This document shows positions 33,459 to 48,400 of a stretch of DNA of 64,000 nucleotides, piece after piece (position 1 is the first letter of the stretch; every line of letters starts with the position of its first letter). The notes under the pieces are model-generated. The model did not search any database. It was given only the letters and a program-made list of their open reading frames with translations, and had not been told where the DNA came from. Source of the stretch: Cyanophora paradoxa CCMP329 (taxonomy: Eukaryota; Plantae; Glaucophyta); assembly GCA_004431415.1 (NCBI GenBank), contig QPMI01000107.1:62001-126000 (forward strand), given 5' to 3'. The position numbers were made by a program, and so were the translations under genes.

Positions 33459-36400
33459 CTAGAGCGCGATGGTGGGCACGGGCTCGACAACGCCGCCCTG
33501 CACCACTGACGAGCGCTCCGACACGTTGGAGAGCTGCCGCGCGGAAATCAGGCGGGAATTCAGGCGACGAGGCGCGGCAACGCGCACCCGCGGCGCGGGG
33601 AGGGCCTCGCCCTCGTCCGCCTCGGCGTCAACGGGCATGGCGAGCATCACGTCGCCCTCACTCACGGTCTCCGCCGTCGCGACGACCGCCGGCGTCGCCA
33701 GGGCGTTGAAGGACGGCTGGGCGCTGAGGGCCGGCGTGGCTTGGCGGATCTCGGTAGAGGCCCGCACGGAAGTCGGGTGCGAGACAGGCATGCCCTCCGA
33801 GACGTGGACGAGCTCGTGCGACGCGCGGTCCGAGCCGATCGCGTACACCTGGTCGCCGCGGTTCGTGACCGACTTGATCGCCGCTGCGGGAGGAGCGTGA
33901 GACACGAGGAAGAGGTGCAACGAGCGCAGAGAGGGCGCCCGCGCACATTTGCGGAGGTAGCGGATGCGGGCGGCGTAGGCGACTACGACGGCGACAGCGA
34001 CGAAGGCGACACCGCCGATGACAGCGCCGACAATCACGCCGATGTTCGAGGACGAGCTCGAGCGAGCGGCGTCCGCGCCGCCCGTAGCCGGCGGAACCAC
34101 GGGGACGGGGTTAGGCGCCGGGAGGGCTGCCTTAGGAATCGCGGGCGGCACGCTCTGGATGAGGGTGACGACCTGCGCGACGCATGCACAGTCAGCCCTG
34201 ACCGGAAGAAGGGCGGGCGACGGGGCGCACGTCGATCGAGTCGCATGAGCAGGAGGTGACGCTCCAGCCCAGGTCGTTCCAGTTCATGGTGCCGGTCGCG
34301 AACGACTGGCGGCCCGAGACGTACGCCTCGTCGATGACGCCGACGGGGCCGTCCGAGCCGGGGATGGTCTGGCACGACGGGCCCGTGCACTCGTACGTCG
34401 ACGAGCAGCCGGCCGACGAGAAGCCCTTCACGCTGCTGTCGTAGCGTGCGCACACGGAGACTGCGAGGGGGTCAGTTGGGCACGCGGCGCGGAGCGACTG
34501 CAGCGGAAGACGCACTGGTCGGCGCCGTGCAGACAGGGGACGGGCACTTCGAGCCGGCCGGGCACTTGATCGTGAGCGTCATGCCGCGCGTGTACGCGTT
34601 GCCCGCGTGCATGCGGCGGCCCGTCTGCAAATCGAGAGATCAGTATAGTCGAGTGTGCAAATGACCGAAGGCGGCTCACAGATTCGAGGCGGAAGAACGA
34701 GCTCGACGTCGAGTACCCGTCAAAGAGCTGGTAGCTCGTGGCCAGGCTCTCGGGGTCGATGACGACGTTGTTGTCTTGTTGCCTGCAGCAAAGCAGTCAA
34801 CAACTGAAATAAACGACTACTCGATCAATCGCAAAAGCGGACCAGCAGACGAGAGGGACCGCCTGCTTCTCGGCGACCTCAGTGCGGTCGATGCCGGTGA
34901 TCTGGTACGTGATCGAGCGGAGCATGAACTGCCCGTCGCTGCTCGACGACGTGTACACGATCGTGCCCCCGTTCACCATCACCGCTGTGGGCAGCTGGGC
35001 GCCGGGCCACAGCACGCGCTTCACGGAGACCGCGCTGGTACCCAGCATGCGCCGGCGGGGCAGGCTCAGCTGCGTCTGGATTAAGGACGGCAGCTGGGCC
35101 GTCGGCAGTGCTCCTTGAGGCTCGATGGATGCCGAAAGCGACGGCTTGATTGCCTTGAGACGGCGCGATGACGACTGGCGAAGAGCGCGGTACTCCGCAT
35201 CTGGTTCAGACCCGAGAATCGCGCGGCGCTTTGAGGCCAAGGTTCTCGTGCTTTCCAGGTCGGGCATCTTCGCGAAACCTGGGCACAAGTTAGGTCGATC
35301 TGTATCACGTAAAGAAAAGAGATATAAATTTACCATTCGGGCAGTAGCAAGTTGGCAGAGATGTTACACCGCAGTTTCCGCCTGGACAGCTGACGCGGAG
35401 CCTGAACGTGCCAGTCCCACCCTTGGCAGCAATCTTGGTTCCGTCCGCAGTCCCACCTGATCCGGAATAAGAACTTCGATTGACCTTGCAGATCAAAACA
35501 TGGTCGCCGAAACGCACCAACATCCCAGAGGCCAACGACACGATTGCCGTCCACAATACGCGAGTACATCGGGGCCTTGAAAGATGAATCAAGGCGCTGG
35601 AAGTACCAGTTCGCATTTTGCGCAGGTGTCAGTCTCGTGTACATGGTCTGATTGCCCAGAGCGCTCGGATCAAGGAAGCTGTTGTTTAACCGCGGGTCAA
35701 CTGTTACGCCTGTCGCCCACGTGTTGTACGGGGCTGTCCCGTAGAGCTCGTACGGGGTGCCAGAGAAGTTGCACTGGACGTAGGACACGAACGGGACGCC
35801 AAACGATCCCCAGTTTGTGACAGTGTAAGTGCCAGTGACATGTTGATTGACGGAGTCGACCACAGCAGTCGGCGTCGCGCCCACTCGGCACGGAACAGTT
35901 GTGCCATTGTTTTCAAAGAAACGGTTCCCGAAGCCAGGGCACGGCTGGAAAGTGCTTCCACCAGCAGTAATGTCGCAGCTCACCCAGTCATTGAAGCCGT
36001 CGTAAGTACCGCCTCGCGCGTCCTCAAAGACAAAGTGAGTGCTGTGCAATCAACCCTAATCAGCGCATGGATGCCCAAGCAGATGAGAAAAGTGCACCGA
36101 TAATAGTAAGTGTAGGAGGTGCCACCAGCACGGTTCAGATCCCAGGCGTCGTTACCAGTCAACCCCAACAGCGCCCAGTTCGGGGGCGTGATGATGACAG
36201 GATCAAACATGTCCATCGTGTACAGCGGGGGGGGATTGGTACTGTTGCGGGCCGTGAAGTCCGGAATGTAGAGCCCGTACGAGTTCGGGAAACGCGAGAA
36301 TTGGCCCCAATTATTCGGGGCCGTATTCGCAATGTCGGTAGGATTGATGACCGTGTCGTAAGTTTCGGGATCGCAATCAGTGTCCGCCTTGAGGCAGTCG

Positions 36401-39400
36401 CCCATATTGTTGTGGAAGCTGGTGCACGTGTTAAGTGAATTCTTGTTGCATTTGTAGCCGACTCGCCCATCTGGGGTAAATGTGCATTGGTCAGACTTGC
36501 AATTCGTGCGGTATATCTGCACGCCCTTGATCCCGCCATTCCTTCCTAGATTCTTGTAGCTCTCTGGAACCAGGACGCGGAACTCGTGGCGCTTGATGTT
36601 CGTGACCTTGCGGATGAGGCTGTACGTCCGAAGCGGAGTGACGTTGGGGATCTTGGGGTTCGGTCCGCACGGCCCGTAAGGATCGTCCGTGCCTCCAAGG
36701 CGGCAGCCCGTGTCGTCGGTGTCGTAGATTGCCTCCTGTGCGCTATCAGCACCTTTGTTGTCGTATAGCATACACGCAGAGCTGTGCAGCGAGATCAGTG
36801 ATCGGAATTTCGCAATCTCAAAAAGAATGACAAGCGAGGTACGCACCGCCAGTGAATGACATCCAGGGATGGAAGCTCTTCGTCGCCTCCTGACACTTCG
36901 TAGAACTGCTGCAGTTGATTGCTTGCGTCTCTGTACAGCGTGAAATCCGCTGTATTTCGACTCAATGAGGTCCACGGTGAGCAAGACCGTGCCTGGAGTC
37001 CGAAGCAGGTCTTGCGAATTGGCGAGTAGCACTGCCCGATGCCGCACCCTTCAATGTCAGCATCCGCCTCCGAACAGGGGGTGACCTTGGGGAGAATGCC
37101 GTCCTTCGCTGAACTCCAAGGGCACCGCATCCGCTTGATGATGATGCCCTTGATCTTGTCCCGAGCCGCGGCGGGTTCGTACGAGAGTGCGAACTTCATG
37201 CGGCGGTACGTCAAATTCAGCTGCAGCTCCACGAGCTTCATCGAGCACGTGTACGAAGCGAGCCTATATCGATTCTCCGCAGATCTGCTCGCGTTGCGAT
37301 AGAAGACGCTCGCGTTCATGGCGCCGATGTCGAGCCATTCGTAACCCACGAAGAGATCCGTGATGTTGACGTGGTACCAGGCCCTGCGAGACCATTAATA
37401 GAGAAATCACGTGGAACGCAAAAAGACACGCACTGGTAGCAATAGTAAACGCCAAGATTATCCGGAACCGTATCAATAAAGCTCGTCTGATTCCCTTCGA
37501 AGGAGAAGAATCTGTATTCCGTCTTCTTGGACGGGTCGGAGCAACGCCAGCGCTCAACGTAGGTGTTCATGATCTTGCTCCAGGACGGGATCCACGAAGG
37601 CGTGATTCTGACGGCTACAGTCTTCGAACCCCAGTCCGATAGCGTCGAGTTGAAGCTGACGATCGGCTGCGGCTCGATGCCATCGTAGACCATGCCCAGC
37701 GGGCCCGGCATCCCCGAGCACGTCATGTTCATCCTTCCGAACGTGACTTCAGCTCCACCTGCACAAGAGTCACTAGCCACTGAGAGAGCATAAAAGTACA
37801 GAACGCACTCGTGTTGAAGAATCCAATGTCCGAGATGGGCTGGCCTCCTGCACTGCCCGCTCCTGAGCAGTCCGTTATCTTGTACTCGGCCTGGCAAAGC
37901 GGGGCATTCGGGTTGATGCCGTTGGCCGTGAAGTTGTAGTTGGGGTCTGCAAATTTGCGGCCTCAGGAAAACGCGACCAAGAAACGGAATCAGAATTCAC
38001 GGACCAATGCTACAAGTCAGGTTGCCAGTGCGCTGCAGGCCCTGCTCCTGAAGCTTGGCCGGCGTGGTGAACGTGACTGTGAGGAAGGAATCAGTTCATA
38101 ACCCGACGAAAGGGATGGTGGCGAAAGCGCACGGTTGATCTGAATGTTCGGCGTGAGCCACGTGACTCCACTCTTCCCGGACAGTGCAGCCATTTCAGTT
38201 GTGCACGAGCTCTGCAAATGTGTACATGAGTGACTCTGAAAACATCACACTAATTCCGATTGAGCCAGACCTGGACGACACTCCTGACAATGTTGTACAG
38301 GACGTCGCAGATGTCTCCGTTGCCATCGGGCTGATCGTTCTTGTCATCGTCGTAGTCCGGAATAGGAATCTTGGACGGCGACGGCGATGGGCTCGGGCTC
38401 GGGGACGGCGAGGGCGTCGGAGTGGCCAGCACGTCGACGCGCGAGGCGCTCGACATGAACGAGTCCTTCGAGTTCGTCGAGACGAAGAAGGCCCTGCGCG
38501 GAAAGAGGTTAGGGCACGATTGAGAAGCAAGGCAAAAGCGAGCCGCGCACTTGTAGTTGTACGAGGACGGCCGCGGGACGTTCGTGTCGACGAAGGACTC
38601 TTCCGCCGCGCTCGACTTCGCGATGTTCTTGACCTGAGTGGTCGTGCAGCCCCTGCTCGACACGCACGACGAGTAACTCGACGTGTTGAATGCCGACTCG
38701 GCGCACACGCTCGTGTTGCAGTTGTCGCGGAAGACAAGCGTGCTGGCGATGACCGCCTTGAGGCCGGTATCCGTGGGATAGGTCGTGGTCACAGTGATGT
38801 CGTCCTGGTTCTCGTACGAACCCGTTCCGGCGGTCGCGTTGATACCCGGGGCGTTGAGCCGCGTCGTGGTCCCGAAGCAGCTGTTCGACGCCGGGCTCGT
38901 GGTCTCCTGATCGGGTCCGCCAGTGACAGTGACATGGTACTCGTACGTCTCCTCTGGGAACAGCCCGGTGCTGTCCGGCTTGGTGCTAACCCGAGTGAAG
39001 GAAGCGCCAGATTTGATGTAGAGCTCCCATCCGGTGCCCTTGCTCTTGGTATCCGCGGCCAGAGTCATCTTGACCGGCGTGATGCTTGAAACCGTCACGG
39101 AGCAAGTCGGCCGAGGCCACGTGCTCGCGGTGTAGATCACAGCCGAGGTCGAGACGTAGCCGTCGTCGTACGCCATGACGTACGCGAATGTGAAGCTGTA
39201 AGACACGCCGTCCGGCTGGATCGAGTTACCGGCGTATGAGCTGAGGACGATCGTCGGAGACCCGCTTGTCAGATTCGCCACCCAGTTGCCGGAGCTGTCG
39301 GTCACGTAGACGGCGGCCACATTCGGCGCCCCTGCCGCAATCGCGGCTGCAGCGTCGAGCTTGATCTTGGTCCAGGACGGAGACAAGACAGCCGCGTTTG

Positions 39401-42400
39401 AAGTGCCCGACGGCGGGAACGGCAGGTCCGGAGTGCGCAGGGAGAGCTCCGCCGAGACGTTGGAAGGATTGCCGCTCGTGTTGAACTTGGCCGTGTACGC
39501 GTACCATGTGCTCGGGCGCACAGCCGTGTCGGTCCAGGCCTGAAGCGCGCTCGTTGCATCGGCCTCGCGCACGACCACGTTGTCCCGGTAAATGGTCGCG
39601 CCAGTAATGGTCTGCGCGTTGTAGCCCAGGGCCACGTCCTGCTCCGAGTACCACACCTTGATCTCGATTGCCGTCGTCGTCGGCTCCCTGACCTTGAGCA
39701 CGACGGGCGTGGCAACCGGGACCACGATCTCGACCGGAGCCGACTCATCACCGACCGCGGTAACCACATCGTTCGGCGCAACCACGAAGACCGCCGTGTA
39801 CCTGTAGGCGACGCCCGCATCCGAGAAGCGGTTCGCGTCAACGACCGGAGGAAGTCCTCGGAGGGTCGTCACGAGCACGCCATCCCTCATCAGGCGAGTG
39901 TGCGTAATGCGGTTGTCCACGCCGTCGGACGGCAGGCTGATGCGGACGGAAATCCCGATGGGCGTCACCAACACCGGGGTGATGACCGGCTTCGGCGGGG
40001 ACGTGTCCGCCTCGCACGGATCCGAGCGGAACGAAAGCGCGCCAGTGGTCGTGTAGTCCACTGAGAACACGTACGACGAGCTCGCGTTGAGGCCGGTCAC
40101 GATTCTCTCCAAGGAGCTCGGCGCAATGGCTCCGTCCTTCGAAATAGCGCCGTCCAAGAGGAGGTCGCTCCGGAAGAGACGGAGCTTGTCCGCGAGGGTG
40201 GTGGCCACCGCGGGGATCTGGAGCGCGAGCTTCACCGTCGTGGACGTCGAGTTGACGTACGTGCACGTGGGCTTGGGGGCCGTCTTGGTCCACGCGAGCG
40301 TGAGGGGCGACATGTCGGACTCCGAGAGAAGCGTGAGGACCTTGGCGGTGTAGTTGTACGCGGTGCCCGGCAGGCGGTCCGCGTGCGTGAACGTCAACGA
40401 GACCGAGCTGTTCCGGTGCACCTCGACGGGCCCGGCATCGGTGACGAGGTAGACGACGAAGCCGGTAATCACTCCAGGCGGCGCGTACGGCGGCGAGATC
40501 ATCAGGGTGACCGAGGTCAGCGTCGCGAGAGTCGTCATCGCCGGCTCGGTGAAGTAGAGCGCCGGCGGGTTCGGGCGGCCAAGCGTCACGACAAGGTTCG
40601 AGGACCACTCCGAATCCTCGCCGAGCGTGATGGCCTTCGCCCGGTAGGTGTACGTCTGACTCGCGTTGAGCCCCGTATCCGTCGGGCACGTGTAGGTCTG
40701 CGGGATGCTAGCCGGCTCATCCTTCACGCACGACAGCTCCTTCACACCGAAGTCGCGCTGCAACAGCACCTCCGTGACTGCCGACTCGGTGCCGTCCTGC
40801 GCAAGCGTGACCTGGATGGACACCCTGTCGAGGTCCATCGACGTGTTCCTCAGGGACGGCGCCCCGGGCACGAGCGTGGTCATGGTCACGGGGTTGGAGA
40901 AGTCGCTCCTGAGGTCGCCGAGGCCGTCCGGAAGCTGCTGCACGATTCGCGCGTAGTACGTCCTCGTGTCGCCGGGCTGCAGGCTGGTCTGGTTGTGGGT
41001 GCGCACGTCCACGTCGGGGTACTCCCACTGGTACGTGGCCAACAGGGCTGCGTCGGTGTCGCTCTGCTCCTTGAGCACGCGGAGGGCAGCGCCGTTCCCT
41101 GAGGCGTCCATGTCCGTGAAGACGAACTGGAGCCACTGGGCGCCCCGCGTCCCGTTCGTGCCGATCGGCGGGGACGGGCGCGTCCACGTCCTCGTGAGGT
41201 CGGCGAGCACGGAAGGCGCGCCTTGCGTGTCGTACCGCGCAGTGTAGTTGTAGTTCGTGAACGAGTTCAGGCCGCCCGGACACTTCTGCGTGTCGCCCGA
41301 GCCCCACGCTCCGGAGACCACCGTGGACAGGGTGCCATCCGACTGGACGAGGTACAAGTACACGTTTCCGATCGTGATGCCCTCGGTCGCGGGGACGTAG
41401 ATGTTGACGCAGACCGACTGGTTCGTCGTCGGGTCACGCTTCCAAGTCACAGTGGGCTTGGGCGGGTACTGCGTCTGGACCACCACCGGATCGCCCTTCT
41501 GGCCGTTGCTGGAGTCGCTGTCGGACTTGTCCGACTTGCCTGCCGGTGAGTCGAGGACTGCGTTGCAGGAGATGACCTCGCCGGGCAGCACGGTCAAGTA
41601 GACGACGGTCACGCCGGACGGGCTGGGCGCAATCGTCTGCGTGCCAGCAGTGCCGTTGCACACGAGGATCGTCGAGTTCGTCAACGCCTTGCTGGCGTCA
41701 TTGTCGATGGTGACGGTGACCATGATGCTTGTCGAGTTCAGCGGGGTCATCTCGAGGTTGGGCGCCGCCGGCGGCAGCGTCGGATCCACCTGGCCCGTCT
41801 GGCTGGTCGTGCCTCCCTTGCCCTTGAACTCGCACACCCAGACGTACTGGACGGCGAAGTCGACCGTGTACGGCGCGCTCGAGCTCGTGAAAGTGAACTG
41901 GCCGTTCGAGACCGTGAACGTCGTGCCCGGCGTATTCTCCTCCCAGCAGACCGTGCTCGTGACCACCCCCTCCAGACCGGCTGGAAGAGGCACACTCACG
42001 GTGACCGACGGGCCCGTCGTGGTCGAAACCAGAACAGGCTGGGGCGCGGGAAGGGCGGTCCAGAGCTCCTTCGGATCAGACAGCGGCGACTTCACAACCA
42101 CGCCGTCGTTGTCAACCGTAAGCAAGGCAGTGTAGTTGTACGCGCGGCCCGCGGCGAGACCGGTGTCGTTGAAAAGCAGGCAGCACCCGCTCGGCGCGCT
42201 GCAGGGCGTGCACGTGTTCGGCAGCGTTGCGATCAGCTGGCCGTCGCGGTACAGCTCCGTGCCGTTGCTCTCCACCCACTTCTGAGGGAGCTCAATCTGG
42301 ACGCTCGTGGTCGTGGTGGTGGCCGGGTGCGGGCCCTGAGCCACCGTCGGCGATCCCGGCGGCGTCGTGATCGTGATGTTCACGCGCGTGCTCTCCATGC

Positions 42401-45400
42401 CGTCCTTGCCGATGTAGTACGCAACGTACGTGTAAGTCGTCCCAGGGGACGCGTTGTCGTCAGTGCAGTCGGTCACGCCCGGAGTCTCACCAGCCCAGGA
42501 GCTGTTCACCTTGCAGAGGAAGCCTCCAAGGACACGCTCGAGCACGAGCACTGTAATGTCGTCATCCGGAGTCGACGGCTCCACGTGCAGGATGCTCGTC
42601 GACGCGTCGCCCGAGGACGCAGTGGTGGACGAGGTGAGCGACAGGACTGGCGGGTTCGGCGAGGTCCAGGCACTGTCGGCAGTGCTGTTCGGCGAGTCCA
42701 CGCCCGGTGTCTGACTCGGCTTGCCGGCCGTGGTGTAGTCCGCCTTGTACCAGTACTCCGAGCCTGCCGCCAGGCCACTGTGAGTGTACTCGTAGGTGGC
42801 CGACGTCCTGAGAATCTCGGTGAGCTTGCTGTAGGGGCCCTCCTCCGAGGCTGCGGTGTAGATGCGGATTGCGACTGCCGCGTCCTGCTCGGGCACAGGC
42901 TTCGCCACCGTCACCTTGACGGACGTGGCATCGATGCCCTTCGCCGAGAGCGTTGGCGCCGCGGGGTCCTTAGTCTTGGCAGACAGCGACCCGTTCGGCG
43001 ACTTGGAGTAGAGCGTGATGAGGGCTGCCTCGTAGGCGAAAGTCAGGCCTGGCGGGAGACCGGAGTCCGTGAACACGAAGAAGTTGACGTTGCGCGGTGC
43101 AGCCATAGTCTGAGAGGCGGCCAGCATTCCATCGCGGTACAGATCGATCCTCGTGACGACAGGCCTGAGGTCCTCTCCAGGGATCGTGTTCACCTCGGGC
43201 GCACGGGTAGGATAGGCGACCTTGACCTTCACGACGGTCGCGGTGGGGTAGCTCGGAGAGGAGTCGACCGAGTCCAGCGTGAGGACGGGGGCAGCAGGAA
43301 TGGCCTGCGTGACCTGAAGGACGTCCGAGGTCGGCGAGTTCAGCCCCGTCGTAGTGTAGTACGCCGTGATGTTCGACGTCGTCGCCGGCTCCAGGCCCGT
43401 GAGCGTTATGCAGTCCTCGAACTCGTCCTCCTTGGGGATGGAGAACGTGAAGGGGGTGCTTGTCGGAAGGTACAGGCGGGAGAACTCCGTCGTCTTGATC
43501 TCAGCGTGGCTGAGGTTTCGCGGGTACGTCACGCAGATCTTCACGGTCGTCGCGGTGACCAGCGTGTACGAGATGGTCGGCTTCACCACCAGCAGCGCCG
43601 TCACGTGGAGCGGATCCGAGATCAGGCCCCTCTCATTGCGCTCCAAGCCGTTGTAGAAGACCAAGCCCTCGTACTGCGCCGTGTACTCGTACGTGATGCC
43701 GGGGTTGATGGCCCCGGTGCCATCAACGCACGACGCGAGCCAGTTGTCCGACGCCTCGCTGCACACTCGCGACGAGTTGCGCAACAGGAACGTCTCGGAG
43801 ACGCGGAGCTTGTTGAGGTCGGTCTCCGCGAGGTCCACCCTCAGGTCGAATTCCGTCTTGTAGCCCAGGGACAGCTGGGGCGCCGGCGGGCCGGTGCGGG
43901 CCTGCTTCGATTCGCTCTCCTTCGAGTCCGCAGGCGTCAGGTACACCGCCTTGTACCAGTAATCCGTCTGGTGCGCGCGGCCCGTGTCCACGTGGCGGTA
44001 CACCCCATCACTGTCCGCCGTCGGGACCGTCGCGACCGTCGTCCACTCACTCCCCGCCGCGCTGGACATCGCCCGGGAGATCCGCACCCCCGTCACATTC
44101 ACCACGGGGTCGAGCGTCGGCAGCTCGACCTCCAACCACACCGCCGTCGCGTTGACGGCAGTCGTCGTGAGGGTCGGCTGCGGCGAGTCGTCCGTCGTCA
44201 CCGACGCCGTGTTCGAGTCCTGCGAGGGGCCCACCCACGAGGTCGCAATCGCCCAGCACGAGTACGTCGTGCTCGGCTGCAGGGACACGAGGACCTCCTC
44301 CGCCAGGCCCATCCGCTCGATGGCCACCGTGCGCGCCGTGTTCGTGTCATTGCAGGTCAGCTGGTAGTTGTCGGCAAGCACGTTGCTCGCGTCGTGCTCG
44401 ATTTCGATGTGAACCTTGATGGTGTTCGAGTCCACCATCGTCATCGTCACGGCGGGGGCCTTCGGCGGCAGCGTCACCGCCACGTCGCCCACCTCGCTTC
44501 TCGTGCCCCTTGGCCCTCGAACACGCACTTCCACACGTACGCCGTCGCCCAGTCCACCTTGTAGCCCGTCGCGCCGTTTTCACTCGAAACGACGAACTGC
44601 GCGCCCGAGACGGTGAAGGTGACCGCCGACGCGTTGGCCAGCAGACCGTCCTCACGACGACGCTCTCGAGCCCCAGCGGCAGGGAAACGTTCACTGTCAC
44701 CGACGGGTAGTTCGTGTTCGCGTGGATGACCGGCACAGGCGCAGGCAGGGCGGTCCAGAGCTCCTTCTTCGCCGACTCCGGCGACGTGACGCGCACCCGC
44801 CATTGTCGACCGTCAGCAGCGCCGTGTAGTTGTACACATGGCCCTCGGCCAGGCCGGTGTCGTTGAATCGGAGACAGCAGCGGCTCGGATCGTCAAGGCG
44901 ATGGCACGGCCCGCAGCTCGACGGCGAGAGCGGGATCGTCACGATCGGGCTGGAGCCGGCGCCGTCGCGGTAGAGCTCCGTCCCGTTGCTCTTCTCCCAC
45001 CCCACAGGGAGCTCAATCTCCACGCTGATGGTCGAGGTCGTTGCCCGGTACGGGCCCTTGACGACCAGCGGTGCTTCTGGTGGCGTCGTCACGTTGAAGT
45101 GCGCGCGTTCGCTCGTCAGCCCCTCCTGGCCAATGTAGTGCGCCGTGTACGTGTACAAAGTCGCGGGCCTCGCCCCTGCGTCCACGCACGTGGCCGTGCC
45201 GCCCACCCCGCCCAACCATCCGATCGGGTTCGGCGCCGAGCAGCTGAAGCTGAAGCTGTCGCGCGACACCACCAAGCCGGTGACGGAGCTGTTCGCCACC
45301 GACGGCGCCATGTGCAGGCTGACAGTGACCGCGCTGGAGCCCGTCACCGTGGCCGAGTTCAGGCTGAACGCCGGCGGCGACGGCGCGGTCCACGCCCCGT

Positions 45401-48400
45401 CCGCAACGCTCAGATCCGAGTCCTTCCCGGCGATCCCGTCCGGCTCGCCGGACGTCGTGTAGTCCGCCTTGTACCAGTACTGCGTCCCCGCCACGCGAGC
45501 CGTGTCGGTGTACACGTAGTCACCCTCCGGCTCCGGCTTGCTGTTGATCTCCGCGATCTCCTGGTACGTCCCGTCGACCGACGGCGCGCGGTAGATGCGA
45601 ATCGTCACTGCCGCCGCCTGCTCCGGCACCGGGCGGTCCACCACCAGCGTGATCGCCGACGTGTTGCGGTCGATGCCCGTCGCCGTGATCTTGGGTCTGG
45701 CGGCGATGTCCGTCTCCGCCAGTGCCGACCCGTTCGGCGAGTTCGTGTACAGCGTGAACAGCGTCGCCTGGTAGAAGTAGAGCAGGCCAGGGGCGAGCTC
45801 GTCGTCGATGAACTCGTACGTGTCCAACGTGCTGACTGCGCCCTGCGAGCCAACGAGCGAGCCGTTGCGATACAAGTCGATCCGCTTGATGACCGGCAGG
45901 AGGTCCTCGGCCGGGCTGGTCTGCATCGCCGGGTCCGCCGGCCTGTTCGGGTACACCACCTGGACCTTCACCGCCGTCGCGTTCGGGTAGGCCGGCTCGA
46001 AGCTCACATACAGCTTCGGCGCTGCCGGGCTCGCCTGCGTCACCTGGAGGACGTCCGAGGTCGGCGAGTTCAGCCCCGTCGTAGTGTAGTACGCCGTGAT
46101 GTTCGACGTCGTCGCCGGCTCCAGGCCCGTGAGCGTTATGCAGTCCTCGAACTCGTCCTCCTTGGGGATGGAGAACGTGTAGGGGGTGCTTGTCGGAAGG
46201 TACAGGCGGGAGAACTCCGTCGTCTTGATCTCAGCGTGGCTGAGGTTTCGCGGGTACGTCACGCAGATCTTCACGGTCGTCGCGGTGACCAGCGTGTACG
46301 AGATGGTCGGCTTCACCACCAGCAGCGCCGTCACGTGGAGCGGATCCGAGATCAGGCCCCTCTCATTGCGCTCCAAGCCGTTGTAGAAGACCAAGCCCTC
46401 GTACTGCGCCGTGTACTCGTACGTGATGCCGGGGTTGATGGCCCGGTGCCGTCAACGCACGACGCGAGCCAGTTGTCCGACGCCTCGCTGCACACTCGCG
46501 ACGAGTTGCGCAACAGGAACGTCTCGGAGACGCGGAGCTTGTTGAGGTCGGTCTCCGCGAGGTCCACCCTCAGGTCGAATTCCGTCTTGTAGCCCAGGGA
46601 CAGCTGGGGCGCCGGCGGGCCGGTGCGGGCCTGCTTCGATTCGCTCTCCTTCGAGTCCGCAGGCGTCAGGTACACCACCTTGTACCAGTAATCCGTCTGG
46701 TGCGCGCGGCCCGTGTCCACGTGGCGGTACACCCCATCACTGTCCGCCGTCGGGACCGTCGCGACCGTCGTCCACTCACTCCCCGCCGCGCTGGACATCG
46801 CCCGGGAGATCCGCACCCCCGTCACATTCACCACGGGGTCGAGCGTCGGCAGCTCGACCTCCAACCACACCGCCGTCGCGTTGACGGCAGTCGTCGTGAG
46901 GGTCGGCTGCGGCGAGTCGTCCGTTGTCGCCGACGCCGTGTTCGAGTCCTGCGAGGGCCCACCCACGAGGTCGCAATCGCCCAGCACGAGTACGTCGTGC
47001 TCGGCTGCAGGGACACGAGGACCTCCTCCGCCAGGCCCATCCGCTCGATGGCCACCGTGCGCGCCGTGTTCGTGTCATTGCAGGTCAGCTGGTAGTTGTC
47101 GGCAAGCACGTTGCTCGCGTCGTGCTCGATTTCGATGTGAACCTTGATGGTGTTCGAGTCCACCATCGTCATCGTCACGACGGGGCCTTCGGCGGCAGCG
47201 TCACCGCCACGTCGCCCACCTCGCTTCTCGTGCCCCTTGGCCCTCGAACACGCACTTCCACACGTACGCCGTCGCCCAGTCCACCTTGTAGCCCGTCGCG
47301 CCGTTTTCACTCGAAACGACGAACTGCGCGCCCGAGACGGTGAAGGTGACCGCCGACGCGTTGGCCCAGCAGACCGTCCTCACGACGACGCTCTCGAGCC
47401 CCAGCGGCAGAGAAACGTTCACCGTCACCGACGGGTAGTTCGTGTTCGCGTGGATGACCGGCACAGGCGCAGGCAGGGCGGTCCAGAGCTCCTTCTTCGC
47501 CGACTCCGGCGACGTGACACGCACCCCGCCATTGTCGACCGTCAGCAGCGCCGTGTAGTTGTACGCGCGGCCCTCGGCCAGGCCGGTGTCGTTGAATCGG
47601 AGACAGCAGCGGCTCGGATCGTCAAGGCGATGGCACGGCCCGCAGCTCGACGGCGAGAGCGGGATCGTCACGATCGGGCTGGAGCCGGCGCCGTCGCGGT
47701 AGAGCTCCGTCCCGTTGCTCTTCTCCCACCCCACAGGGAGCTCAATCTCCACGCTGATGGTCGAGGTCGTTGCCCGGTACGGGCCCTTGACGACCAGCGG
47801 TGCTTCTGGTGGCGTCGTCACGTTGAAGTGCGCGCGCTCGCTCGTCAGCCCCTCCTGGCCAATGTAGTGCGCCGTGTACGTGTACAAAGTCGCGGGCCTC
47901 GCCCCTGCGTCCACGCACGTGGCCGTGCCGCCCACCCGCCCAACCATCCGATCGGGTTCGGCGCCGAGCAGCTGAAGCTGAAGCTGTCGCGCGACACCAC
48001 CAAGCCGGTGACGGAGCTGTTCGCCACCGACGGCGCCATGTGCAGGCTGACAGTGACCGCGCTGGAGCCCGTCACCGTGGCCGAGTTCAGGCTGAACGCC
48101 GGCGGCGACGGCGCGGTCCACGCCCCGTCCGCAACGCTCAGATCCGAGTCCTTCCGGCGATCCCGTCCGGCTCGCCGGACGTCGTGTAGTCCGCCTTGTA
48201 CCAGTACTGCGTCCCGCCACGCGAGCCGTGTCGGTGTACACGTAGTGGCCCTCCGGCTCCGGCTTGCTGTTGATCTCCGCGATCTCCTGGTACGTCCGTC
48301 GACCGACGGCGCGCGGTAGATGCGAATCGTCACTGCCGCCGCCTGCTCCGGCACCGGGCGGTCCACCACCAGCGTGATCGCCGACGTGTTGCGGTCGATG

